Assembly (NCBI GenBank): GCA_016839705.1
Contig: JAEOTR010000084.1
Coordinates: forward strand, 22,132-86,131
Length of the DNA stretch: 64,000 nucleotides
Reading direction: 5' to 3'
DNA from: Promethearchaeota archaeon
GTDB lineage: Archaea > Asgardarchaeota > Lokiarchaeia > Sigyniarchaeales > SOKP01
The notes beneath the pieces are model-generated. The model worked only from the letters and a program-made list of their open reading frames with translations. It did not search any database and was not told the DNA's origin. Shown piece after piece: positions 31,140 through 39,445 of the stretch. Position numbers and translations under genes: made by a program. The stretch's first letter is position 1, and each line of letters begins with the position of its first letter.

Positions 31140-31751
31140 GTGTTTAATATCTTTAAACTTTTTACAATTGAAGGAAAAATTGAGATACCACCATTTCTTT
31201 TTGACCAGGAAAAGAGTGTAAGTGCCAGAATAATCTTAAGTGAAGATTATGAAGGCATTATCACAAGAGACTTTGGATTTATTATTGCTGTTGTTGATGT
31301 TATAAATGTTGGAATGGGAATAATTATTCCAGGGAATGCTAATACGTTCCATGAGGTTGAATTTACGATCCTTACATTTAAACCAATTGTTTCAGAAGTA
31401 GTTGAAGGAACTGTAGTTGAAATTGTGGATTTTGGCTCTTTCATTCGTTTAGGTCCTTTGGACGGTTTGGTTCATGTATCTCAAATTTGTGATGATTATA
31501 TTTCTTACGAACAAGTAGGGAATAGATTTATCGGTAAGGAAACTGGAAAGATCCTTGAAGTAAATGATCAAGTAAGAGCAAAAATTATTGCAGTCTCTTT
31601 AGGAACAGGAAGAAGTGGAAAGCTTGGATTGACGATGCGTCAGAGGTATTTGGGAAAGGAAGAATGGATTGAAAATGATCTCGAGGAAGATATTACTAAC
31701 CAACAAACCGATCAAACAAAAGTTGATGAAGAAGAAAGTGCAACTGAATGA
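31140..31751 (+). CDS. rpoE1: RNA polymerase subunit Rpo7 (E')
   Basis: EVVEG, FGSFIRLGPLDGLVHVSQ, KLGLTMRQ; true start may be ATC at 31149. Confidence 0.95.
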   Translation: MFNIFKLFTIEGKIEIPPFLFDQEKSVSARIILSEDYEGIITRDFGFIIAVVDVINVGMGIIIPGNANTFHEVEFTILTFKPIVSEVVEGTVVEIVDFGSFIRLGPLDGLVHVSQICDDYISYEQVGNRFIGKETGKILEVNDQVRAKIIAVSLGTGRSGKLGLTMRQRYLGKEEWIENDLEEDITNQQTDQTKVDEEESATE

Positions 31752-31785
31752 TTAGTTAAAAAAAAACGAGGTTCAAGGTGAGGAT

Positions 31786-31974
31786 ATGAAAGAGAGAGCG
31801 TGCAAAAACTGTCATTTGATAACCAAGAACGAAACAGTTTGTCCTAAATGCAAAACCCACACTTTAAGTGAGGATTATACAGGCGAGGTTATAATCATAA
31901 ATCCTAAAGAATCGAAATTTGCTGCTCATTTGAAAGTGCACTACCCCGGTAAGTACGCTTTAAGAGTACGTTAA
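31786..31974 (+). CDS. spt4: Transcription elongation factor Spt4 (RpoE'')
   Basis: RACKNC...CPKC...PGKYALRVR; follows rpoE1. Confidence 0.95.
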   Translation: MKERACKNCHLITKNETVCPKCKTHTLSEDYTGEVIIINPKESKFAAHLKVHYPGKYALRVR

Positions 31975-32019
31975 GCTTATAACCCATTTTAGTTATCATA
32001 TTTTCCTATATAATAAAAC

Positions 32020-32613
32020 TTGATTTTCATGAACGATAATCTAAAGGTTCCAAAGAGAACTCGGAGATCATTTGCACAACCACTGGATATGCTAATCGCT
32101 GGGAGTCGAGAAGATACTATCCCCCAAGTCGAAAATATGTTTAGAGATCTTCTACAACTTGGGAGATCATTAAACTTTTATATAGTTGGGGATATTGTTG
32201 CCCAAGATTTCTTATCAAACTCATTTTTAAAGTCATTCATTAAAATCTGTGTTATAGATGAAAAAACTCAGAGGAACCAAATTAATATCGAGTATGGAGG
32301 TTTTTTTGAAGTAGAAATTGAATTAACCAATCCAGCAGGTTCAATTAATAAGGAGAGTTGGGAAATTTTTCGAACATCTATAGCTTCGAATAAAAGAACA
32401 TTGATAAAAGTAACGGAAGGAGAGGAAGATTTGCTAATTCTTCCTCTAATAGATGAACTCCCCCTTGATGATCGAGGACATTTTGCTTTTTATGGTCAAC
32501 CTCCTATTACTGATTCCCGTTTTATTATTCCCGAAGGGATTGTCATTGTAAATGTTGATAAGAATATTAAAGAAAAGGTAAAGAGAGCTTTAGCGGTTAT
32601 GGATTCGATTTGA
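32020..32613 (+). CDS. DUF359 GTP-dependent dephospho-CoA kinase
   Basis: VGDIV, IDEKTQR, NPAGSI, GEEDLL, YGQP; usual position after spt4. Confidence 0.88.
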   Translation: MIFMNDNLKVPKRTRRSFAQPLDMLIAGSREDTIPQVENMFRDLLQLGRSLNFYIVGDIVAQDFLSNSFLKSFIKICVIDEKTQRNQINIEYGGFFEVEIELTNPAGSINKESWEIFRTSIASNKRTLIKVTEGEEDLLILPLIDELPLDDRGHFAFYGQPPITDSRFIIPEGIVIVNVDKNIKEKVKRALAVMDSI

Positions 32614-32764
32614 GGATTCGAGTTTATTTCTTCCTCTTTTATTTGAAGCTTTATACTAATAAAAAGCAAAATTTTATTTTTTATCTCTCCTTTTGATTTT
32701 TATTAAAAAGAAATAAAGATAATATTACTTTTTAGATAATATCAAATTTGAAAAAAGGTTCAAA

Positions 32765-33118
32765 ATGTCCCTAAATATTGAGATTAAAGAGGAAAAGAAA
32801 AATCCCCTAATAGATAGAATAGAAGTGACATTTATAATAGATCATTTCCAGCAGGGAACCCCAAATAGATTAGAAGTGAAAAAAAAAATAGCTGCAATGC
32901 AAGGTTCTGATGAAAAATTAACTATTATTAAATCCCTGAACACTCATTTCGGTAGATCTTCTACCCAGGGAGTTGCTTATATTTATGATAATTCAAAAGA
33001 ACTACAATTCTACGAACCTTTTCATATCCAAGTTCGAAATCTTAGAAAAGACAAGCGAACTGAAATAATACAGCTAAAGAAAAGAAAGGAATCTTATAAA
33101 CATCTTTTTGAATATTAA
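32765..33118 (+). CDS. rps24e: 30S ribosomal protein eS24
   Basis: NPLIDR, TPNRLEV, THFG. Confidence 0.93.
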   Translation: MSLNIEIKEEKKNPLIDRIEVTFIIDHFQQGTPNRLEVKKKIAAMQGSDEKLTIIKSLNTHFGRSSTQGVAYIYDNSKELQFYEPFHIQVRNLRKDKRTEIIQLKKRKESYKHLFEY

Positions 33119-33143
33119 CAATTACAAAAATCATGGAATAAAA

Positions 33144-33362
33144 ATGGATGCATCAAAATATTATAAATTGGAAGGAGACAAGTTAGTACGAACTCATAGA
33201 TCGTGCCCTAAGTGTGGACCAAGTTATTTTCTTGCAAACCACTATGACCGGTCGAGTTGTGGAAAATGTGGTTACACTGTATTTAAGAGAAAAGGAATTG
33301 CTAAAGGAAAAACCACTAGAAGGGCTCCTCGTAAACGTATGAAATCAATAGACGGGAGTTAA
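33144..33362 (+). CDS. rps27ae: 30S ribosomal protein eS31 (S27ae)
   Basis: CPKCG...LANHYDRSSCGKCGYT; start set at MDASKYY. Confidence 0.93.
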   Translation: MDASKYYKLEGDKLVRTHRSCPKCGPSYFLANHYDRSSCGKCGYTVFKRKGIAKGKTTRRAPRKRMKSIDGS

Positions 33363-33463
33363 TCTCAAAATTTAAAGAAATCTAAAAAAAAATACCTCTT
33401 TAAACATATTGATTTTCATTTTAAAAAATTTTAGATTTCAATAAGGAAAATACGGCGAAATTA

Positions 33464-34474
33464 ATGCAAAAATATTGTTTGGGTATTGAAAGTACTGCAC
33501 ACACATTTGGAATAGGAATTGTTGATTTTGAAGGAATAGTTCATAGTTTGATAAACGATATCTTTATACCCGAAGAAGGAGGACTCCATCCTGCTTTAGT
33601 ACGTGAACAACATTTAAATAATTTTAAAACGGTAATAATTAAAGCACTCAAAGAGTCAGAATTATCAATAAAAGATATAGATCTAATTGCTTTCAGTCAA
33701 AGTCCTGGATTAGGACCTGTTCTAAAAATTGGAGCTTTAATTGCTCGAATGTTAAGCCAAGTTCTAAACATTCCACTTGTAGGTGTAAATCATTGTATAG
33801 CTCATGTAGAAATTGGACGTTTAATGTGTAAAATTGATGATCCCCTTACTTTATATGTATCTGGAGGTAATACTATTGTCAGTGCTTTTGAATCTGATAG
33901 ATATCAAATTTTTGGAGAAACACTTGATTTAGCTGTTGGGAATATGATTGATTCCTTTGCTCGAGATGCGGGACTAAGTCATCCTGGGGGTCCAAAGATC
34001 GAGAAACTGGCGCTAAAATCAGATAAATATCTTCCATTGCCTTATACTGTCAAAGGTATGGATTTATCATTTTCAGGACTATATACGGCATCAAAAAGAT
34101 TATTAGAATCTCAAGACTTTAATGTTAAGTATAACTTAAATGACGTCGCTCGATCTCTTCAAGAAACCGCTTTTTCTATGCTTGTTGAAGTTACTGAACG
34201 AGCTCTTGCACACACAGAGAAGAAAGAAGTGTTATTAACAGGAGGTGTAGCAGCAAATAAAAGATTGCAACAAATGGTTCATTCTATTAGTAACGAGCAT
34301 GGAGCAAGATTCGCAGTAGTTCCTTTAAAGTATGCAGGAGATAATGGAGCCATGATAGCTTGGGCGGGAATATTACGATATCAGTCTGAAGGTGAGCATG
34401 AAATAGGCAATACAATAATCAAACCAAAAGAGAGAATGGATTATATCAAAATTCCTTGGAGGTCAGGGGATTAA
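33464..34474 (+). CDS. kae1: KEOPS t6A synthase Kae1
   Basis: LGIESTAHT, VNHCIAHVEIG, VSGGNT, DNGAMIA. Confidence 0.96.
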   Translation: MQKYCLGIESTAHTFGIGIVDFEGIVHSLINDIFIPEEGGLHPALVREQHLNNFKTVIIKALKESELSIKDIDLIAFSQSPGLGPVLKIGALIARMLSQVLNIPLVGVNHCIAHVEIGRLMCKIDDPLTLYVSGGNTIVSAFESDRYQIFGETLDLAVGNMIDSFARDAGLSHPGGPKIEKLALKSDKYLPLPYTVKGMDLSFSGLYTASKRLLESQDFNVKYNLNDVARSLQETAFSMLVEVTERALAHTEKKEVLLTGGVAANKRLQQMVHSISNEHGARFAVVPLKYAGDNGAMIAWAGILRYQSEGEHEIGNTIIKPKERMDYIKIPWRSGD

Positions 34475-34475
34475 G

Positions 34476-35147
34476 ATGAGTTCTGAAATAACTACAGAAA
34501 AACTTATCCATAAGGGTGCTGAAGCAAGTTTATTCTATGGTCATTGGTTTGGTAGAAACGTAATTTTTAAGCATCGAATTCCTAAAAAATATAGACTAGA
34601 AGAACTCGATAAAAAAATTCGAAGCGAGAGAACATTAAACGAAGGAAAAGCACTGATAAAGGTAAAAGGTTATGGATTAAATGTACCTCAAATTTACGAA
34701 ATTGACACCCAGAATTCTATTCTCATCATGAAATATATCGAAGGAAAAAAATTGAAAAATATCTTAGAAAGCCTTAGTAAAAATAAAAAAGAAAAATATT
34801 TTAAGAAAATTGGTCGAGACATCGCAGTTTTACATAAGAATGGACATATTCACGGCGACATAACTACAAGTAATTTAATCGTTACAGATGAAGAAGAAAT
34901 ATTCCTCATCGATTTTGGACTACATGAATATTCTGATACAATAGAAGATAAAAGCGTTGATCTTCATCTTTTCAAGAGGGTCTTGATTTCTAGTCATGGT
35001 GATGATTTTGAATTCTGCTTTAATGCCTTCCTTGAGGGTTATAAGTCTGAATATGAGATTATCAACAAAACAGATTGTGATCAGATTATTAAAAACATTA
35101 ATGCAATAGAGTCAAGAGGTAGGTATGTAAAACCAGAGGATAGATAA
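34476..35147 (+). CDS. bud32: KEOPS kinase Bud32
   Basis: KGAEA, HGDITTSN, IDFGL, RGRY; follows kae1. Confidence 0.95.
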   Translation: MSSEITTEKLIHKGAEASLFYGHWFGRNVIFKHRIPKKYRLEELDKKIRSERTLNEGKALIKVKGYGLNVPQIYEIDTQNSILIMKYIEGKKLKNILESLSKNKKEKYFKKIGRDIAVLHKNGHIHGDITTSNLIVTDEEEIFLIDFGLHEYSDTIEDKSVDLHLFKRVLISSHGDDFEFCFNAFLEGYKSEYEIINKTDCDQIIKNINAIESRGRYVKPEDR

Positions 35148-35432
35148 TATGGTAAAATCCTCATATAAGAGATTTGAATTTATCTAGAAAATAGTATATT
35201 TTTGTTTTAAAAGGTAGATTTATTCTAAAAAGAGGAAATATAAAAGAAATGATGATTTTTTAATAAGAATAAAATTTTTTCAGTCACTCATTTATTTATT
35301 CATATAAAATGTTCATCTAAATAGTTAAACATTTAAAATAATGTATATCTGGTATAGAATACTTTAAATACTTTAAATAGAGACAAATAACTTTATAAAT
35401 TTATTTTACTTATACTATATTAGTGGAAAAGA

Positions 35433-35478
35433 GTGAATAACAGTAAGGGCAAAGCATATATCTGCGTTTCTTATTCAC
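35433..35478. promoter_or_regulatory. Inverted repeat / stem-loop upstream of RHH gene
   Basis: GTGAATAA (35433-40) and TTATTCAC (35471-78), with a GC-richer 30-nt spacer. Confidence 0.4.
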
Positions 35479-35533
35479 ATTTTGATTTTTTATAAAAATA
35501 GTTTTCAACTCTAGATTACTTGGAGTAAATCTA

Positions 35534-35737
35534 ATGACAGACATGAAGAAAAAGAAACCTAAGATGATCAATATTACAATAAACATACCGGAAATTTATG
35601 ATGAAAATATTCAGAATCTTATTAAAAAAAAAATTGTACCAAGTCGATCTGAAGCTATAAGAATTGCCCTTAGAGAATTTTTACACAATGAGTATAAGAA
35701 CTTAAAATTACTTGGCTTTTTTGAAAATACTTCTTAG
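35534..35737 (+). CDS. Ribbon-helix-helix (CopG/MetJ-like) DNA-binding protein
   Basis: ITINIPE...SRSEAIRIALREFL. Confidence 0.88.
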   Translation: MTDMKKKKPKMINITINIPEIYDENIQNLIKKKIVPSRSEAIRIALREFLHNEYKNLKLLGFFENTS

Positions 35738-35872
35738 TCTTTTAATCTACTCATATTAAGCTTCCTTTAAAGTAAGATGTCTTATTTTATGTTTATTTTT
35801 GATAAGTTAAAATTAAAAACACTATTTTATTTAGTTTTACTATACAAATTTTAAACTAATGAGAGAAACTCC

Positions 35873-36475
35873 ATGAAATTATTTACTATATATGAAAATG
35901 GTGTTCTAAAGAAAATTGATAAAGTAGACTTTAACGATAAGAAAGTTTATCTGATTGATGATTTTAAAGTTTATTATTTATGGTTTGGTTCACACTGCTC
36001 TGAGAAGAAGAAAGAATTCGGAAAAAAAAGAGCAAAAGATCTAAATAATAAACGTAAATCCCCCGCTAAAATTCAAATTATTCATCAAAATAAGGAGTAT
36101 GGAGCCTTTCTGGCTATTATGGATATCTTAAAGGAAGGATTAAACAGTGAGGATTCTAGAATAAAAAGAGACGAATTAGTTTTTGAGTTAGAAGAAACAC
36201 TAGAACTTATTGATGCGGGATTAGAATTGGATTTAGAAGCCGAGATAACTCTAAAGGCCCACAAACTATCACAAGAAGGAATATCATATGAAGATTTATC
36301 TAAGCGACTAGCAGAAACACAACTAATTCTCTTAAAGGGAAAAGAAAAGCCTTTAGAAAGTGAAATTAAGAAAAAAACTGAAGAGATACTAAATTCTTCT
36401 TCTACGTTTGAGGAATTGGCCTGGCTTGTATCAGAACTTGAAATTTTAATTATAAAAAAACAATTGAAACAGTAA
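35873..36475 (+). CDS. Single gelsolin-domain protein with C-terminal helical repeat domain
   Basis: VYLIDD...YLWFG...S.KKKEFG...A..L...R...IQII.QNKE..AF; twice-repeated SYEDL/TFEEL...L(A/S)E motif. Confidence 0.78.
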   Translation: MKLFTIYENGVLKKIDKVDFNDKKVYLIDDFKVYYLWFGSHCSEKKKEFGKKRAKDLNNKRKSPAKIQIIHQNKEYGAFLAIMDILKEGLNSEDSRIKRDELVFELEETLELIDAGLELDLEAEITLKAHKLSQEGISYEDLSKRLAETQLILLKGKEKPLESEIKKKTEEILNSSSTFEELAWLVSELEILIIKKQLKQ

Positions 36476-36527
36476 TGAATTACTAAGTGAGGTTCAATCT
36501 ATATTTAAATTATAGCCGTCTTTGTTT

Positions 36528-36770
36528 TTATCTTCTTGTTCGAATTTTTCTTGCTTCCCGTTCTACTTCTCTTAAAATTACAACATCATTCATTTTAATA
36601 GGCCCCTTGACATTACGAGTTAAGATTCGATTTTTATCTGGTCCATCTAAGATCCGAACCTTAATTTGTGTTATTTCTCCTGTAAGACCAGTTCGACCAA
36701 TTATTTGAATAACCTGAGCTGGTGTAGACTGATCTTTAACTGAAACCTTAGATTTATCTAATTTTACTAT
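36528..36770 (-). CDS. rps28e: 30S ribosomal protein eS28 (probable ATA start)
   Basis: Not in track. [42 protein letters not shown]...EREARK; in-frame TGA just upstream. Confidence 0.93.
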   Translation of the reverse strand: MVKLDKSKVSVKDQSTPAQVIQIIGRTGLTGEITQIKVRILDGPDKNRILTRNVKGPIKMNDVVILREVEREARKIRTRR

Positions 36771-36789
36771 GATTATTCACCAAGTTGTT

Positions 36790-37161
36790 CTATTTTTTTA
36801 TTTCTTCCAAATTCTTAATTACATCATTTAAAATACCATCATTTCCGGTTCCAACGTTTTCTATAGCTATAGCACTTGCTGATACATTAATTCTAGCAGT
36901 ATTACCAAGCTCTTTCTTTGTTGTTAAATAACCATAAGGAATACCTTTTTCTTCGCACAATAATGGTATGTGGAATAATATCTCTGGGGGACTAACATCT
37001 TCAGCCATGATAACGATTTTAGCTTGTACTCTTTCGATTGATTTAGTAACTTCATTCATCCCTTTTCGTAATTTAGAATCTCTAGTCTCTGCGATTTTAC
37101 TTAAGGCATTCTTAAGCTGATTTTTTAATTTATCCGGAATTTTAAATTTAATATATGAAAT
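36790..37161 (-). CDS. rpl7ae: 50S ribosomal protein eL8/L7Ae (probable ATT start)
   Basis: SYIKFKIPD...KLRKGMNEVTKSIER...AEDVSPPEI...LCEEKGIPY; the track's start at 37059 is internal. Confidence 0.93.
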   Translation of the reverse strand: MSYIKFKIPDKLKNQLKNALSKIAETRDSKLRKGMNEVTKSIERVQAKIVIMAEDVSPPEILFHIPLLCEEKGIPYGYLTTKKELGNTARINVSASAIAIENVGTGNDGILNDVIKNLEEIKK

Positions 37162-37571
37162 ATTTAATCATCTCCTTCAAATATACATTAATATATTTTC
37201 ATAAATCATCGATATTCGATACACTTTTTAATACAAGATTAAAGATAAAATTTGTCATTTGGGACAAAAAGCCTAAAAATTTTTCTTTATATACTCTTGA
37301 GGGATTAAGTGATAAACATTCCAAATAATTGTGAATTTATCATGAAAGTTAGTCTGAAAAAATTAAAAGGATTAAAAAAAATTAATAATTTATTTGCACT
37401 TATAATTTGGCTAGGGTTATTAACAGAAGCAATTATCTGTATGTGGATTTGAGAAATGGAAAAACTTATTTTTAATGAATTACTTGATAACATACATTTA
37501 GAATAATTCTAATTTTATTATCAAATCTATTAAATACATAAAGCAAATTAACCCAAAGGAGGAGATGTATC

Positions 37572-37772
37572 ATAATTATACCGATCCGCTGCTTTTCATG
37601 CGGAAAATTAATAGCTCATATTTACGAGCCTTATTTGGAGCTTTTGGAGAAAGGTGAATCATCCGAAAAAGCCTTTAAAGAATTAGGGATTGAAAGGTTC
37701 TGTTGTAAAAGAATGGTGGTTAGCCACGTGGATTTAATAGATGAGTTACTTAAATTTCCACGCTTGCAATAA
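37572..37772 (+). CDS. rpoN: RNA polymerase subunit Rpo10 (N) (probable ATA start)
   Basis: Not in track. (M)IIPIRCFSCGK...LGIERFCCKRMVVSHVDLID. Confidence 0.95.
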   Translation: MIIPIRCFSCGKLIAHIYEPYLELLEKGESSEKAFKELGIERFCCKRMVVSHVDLIDELLKFPRLQ

Positions 37773-37820
37773 TTTTTTCTTTTTTTAAATATTAATAAGA
37801 TTTAATTAGAATAAAATTTT

Positions 37821-38003
37821 CTATTCTTTTCCGTAATAAGCAGTCCATCTGGTCTTTCTTGCTTTTTTCTTAAATATCAACATTGATTTTTTACACTTAT
37901 TAGTACAAAAATTTAGAATTGTACCGTCTCTTCTAATAAACATAATTCCACGACCAATCGGTATGTCATACCCACAAAATGAGCAACGCTTGACTTTTGC
38001 CAT
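37821..38003 (-). CDS. rpl24e: 50S ribosomal protein eL24
   Basis: CSFCGYDIPIGRG...FCTNKC...WT. Confidence 0.95.
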   Translation of the reverse strand: MAKVKRCSFCGYDIPIGRGIMFIRRDGTILNFCTNKCKKSMLIFKKKARKTRWTAYYGKE

Positions 38004-38025
38004 ATTATATCATCCTAATATTTGA

Positions 38026-38430
38026 TTATTCTTTTTCTTTCTTAAAGAGTTCGGCTTCTCCGTATTTCATAACCTTTAAATTGATTAAAGTCATATCAGA
38101 TGTGACTTCATTGCCTCGTACTGTTTTTCTCCTCTTTTCCCCTTGCCTTCTTGGTTTGTATCCAATACCACGTTTGGAAACAAGAATTTTCTTTTTCACA
38201 GGCCCATGAACATCTTTTCTCATTGGAAAGCCACTTGAATCACTTCCACCTGTAATTTCAAACTCATAGTTAGGAAATCCGATTAAACCTCCCTTAATGA
38301 TCTCGCCCATTTTCATACCTTCAAATCGAAATTTTTTTTCATCGATCTCAATAAGTTTAGTCATTCCTTTTCCAGAGCCTTCCTTTCCACCACTAATATT
38401 TAGCTTGTAAACAATTTTTTCCGAAGACAC
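38026..38430 (-). CDS. rps6e: 30S ribosomal protein eS6
   Basis: ITGGSDSSGFPM, GEKRRKTVRGN. Confidence 0.96.
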   Translation of the reverse strand: MSSEKIVYKLNISGGKEGSGKGMTKLIEIDEKKFRFEGMKMGEIIKGGLIGFPNYEFEITGGSDSSGFPMRKDVHGPVKKKILVSKRGIGYKPRRQGEKRRKTVRGNEVTSDMTLINLKVMKYGEAELFKKEKE

Positions 38431-38602
38431 GATACATCATATTCGAACTTGAAAAAATAAGATTAACTTCAGAAATGTATATTTTCATAAAAATTTTATG
38501 GATTAGGACTAGATTAATATTCTGAATTAATATATATAATGAAATTTATTTTAACAATAATTTCCTATAAAAATTATAGAAAATTTTCATGTATTATCTT
38601 TT

Positions 38603-39445
38603 ATGCAGATTTTTGAAGTAATTGAGCTGAAAGAGTTTCCTTTTATGGAAACAAGAGAAATTGTAGAGGGTACAACAGTTCGTGATATATTAAAAAATGG
38701 GTGCATTAATAGGGTATTTTTACTTGTTGATCACGATACGAAAAGAATTTTAATATATAATTGTCCCCAGAGTTCAATAAAAAAACAAATCTATGGTGGA
38801 ATTTTAGCAGGAAAGTTCCGTCAACAATTAAAAGGGTTTTATAGAGTTTATCCCTTAAATATGTATTCCACTACTGATAAAGAATTTCAAGAAATAATAG
38901 ATAAACCATTGGGTCCTGGGAGAACAAAACCAATTGAGAAAGAAGATTTTTCAAAGCCAACACCAGACCGATTTATTGTTAATGTCTCAACCCAAAATCC
39001 GAATATGAAAAAAGCAATTGAATATATTTCTCAACTTCCAAAACAAGAAAATTTGGTTAGAAGATTTATGATAATTGGAGGCCAAATTTTTACTGATGAA
39101 GAAATTACAGAAACTTTTCTTAAAGAGGAGAGACACATTATAAAACCTATAAAATTAGGACGATTGAATAATGGTTTTACGTTCTTTAAAGATCATAATT
39201 ATGCTACTAGACTAATAATAAAAGATCGCAAAATACAGGGAATTGAATTATATGTTGATAAAGATGACCAATCTCCTCCATTGGAATTGCAAATCCCAAT
39301 AATTTATGAGGAAAAATTCAATAAACCAGGTTCGATTAAAACGTTAATAAATGCTTTTCAAATCCCAGATAAAATGCCAGAAGAAACAGAAGTACAAAAA
39401 GAAAAGGATATTCTCTCAAAAGATGATTTTACTAATCAACCCTAA
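38603..39445 (+). CDS. Protein with divergent N-terminal gelsolin-like domain
   Basis: VFLLVD...ILIYN...SSIKKQ...A pattern; C-terminal half not recognised. Confidence 0.5.
   Translation: MQIFEVIELKEFPFMETREIVEGTTVRDILKNGCINRVFLLVDHDTKRILIYNCPQSSIKKQIYGGILAGKFRQQLKGFYRVYPLNMYSTTDKEFQEIIDKPLGPGRTKPIEKEDFSKPTPDRFIVNVSTQNPNMKKAIEYISQLPKQENLVRRFMIIGGQIFTDEEITETFLKEERHIIKPIKLGRLNNGFTFFKDHNYATRLIIKDRKIQGIELYVDKDDQSPPLELQIPIIYEEKFNKPGSIKTLINAFQIPDKMPEETEVQKEKDILSKDDFTNQP

Noticed and set aside
35445-35470. GGGCAAAGC resembling the start of a c-di-GMP-I riboswitch
   Set aside because: The second hairpin and tetraloop/receptor elements are absent.
36487-36708. Plus-strand 73-aa ORF in the track
   Set aside because: It is the antisense shadow of rps28e.
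26354-37170. In-frame TGA just upstream of the Rab-like, rps28e and rpl7ae coding regions read as selenocysteine or read-through
   Set aside because: Each TGA is part of the SD-like GGTGA/GATGA motif, lies before the conserved N-terminus and is not at a Cys-homologous position; no SECIS-like element was recognised.
37309-37506. Short plus-strand ORF with a hydrophobic stretch and an in-frame TGA at 37450
   Set aside because: AT-rich, with no recognisable homology or redox motif; it could be a small membrane peptide but cannot be supported.
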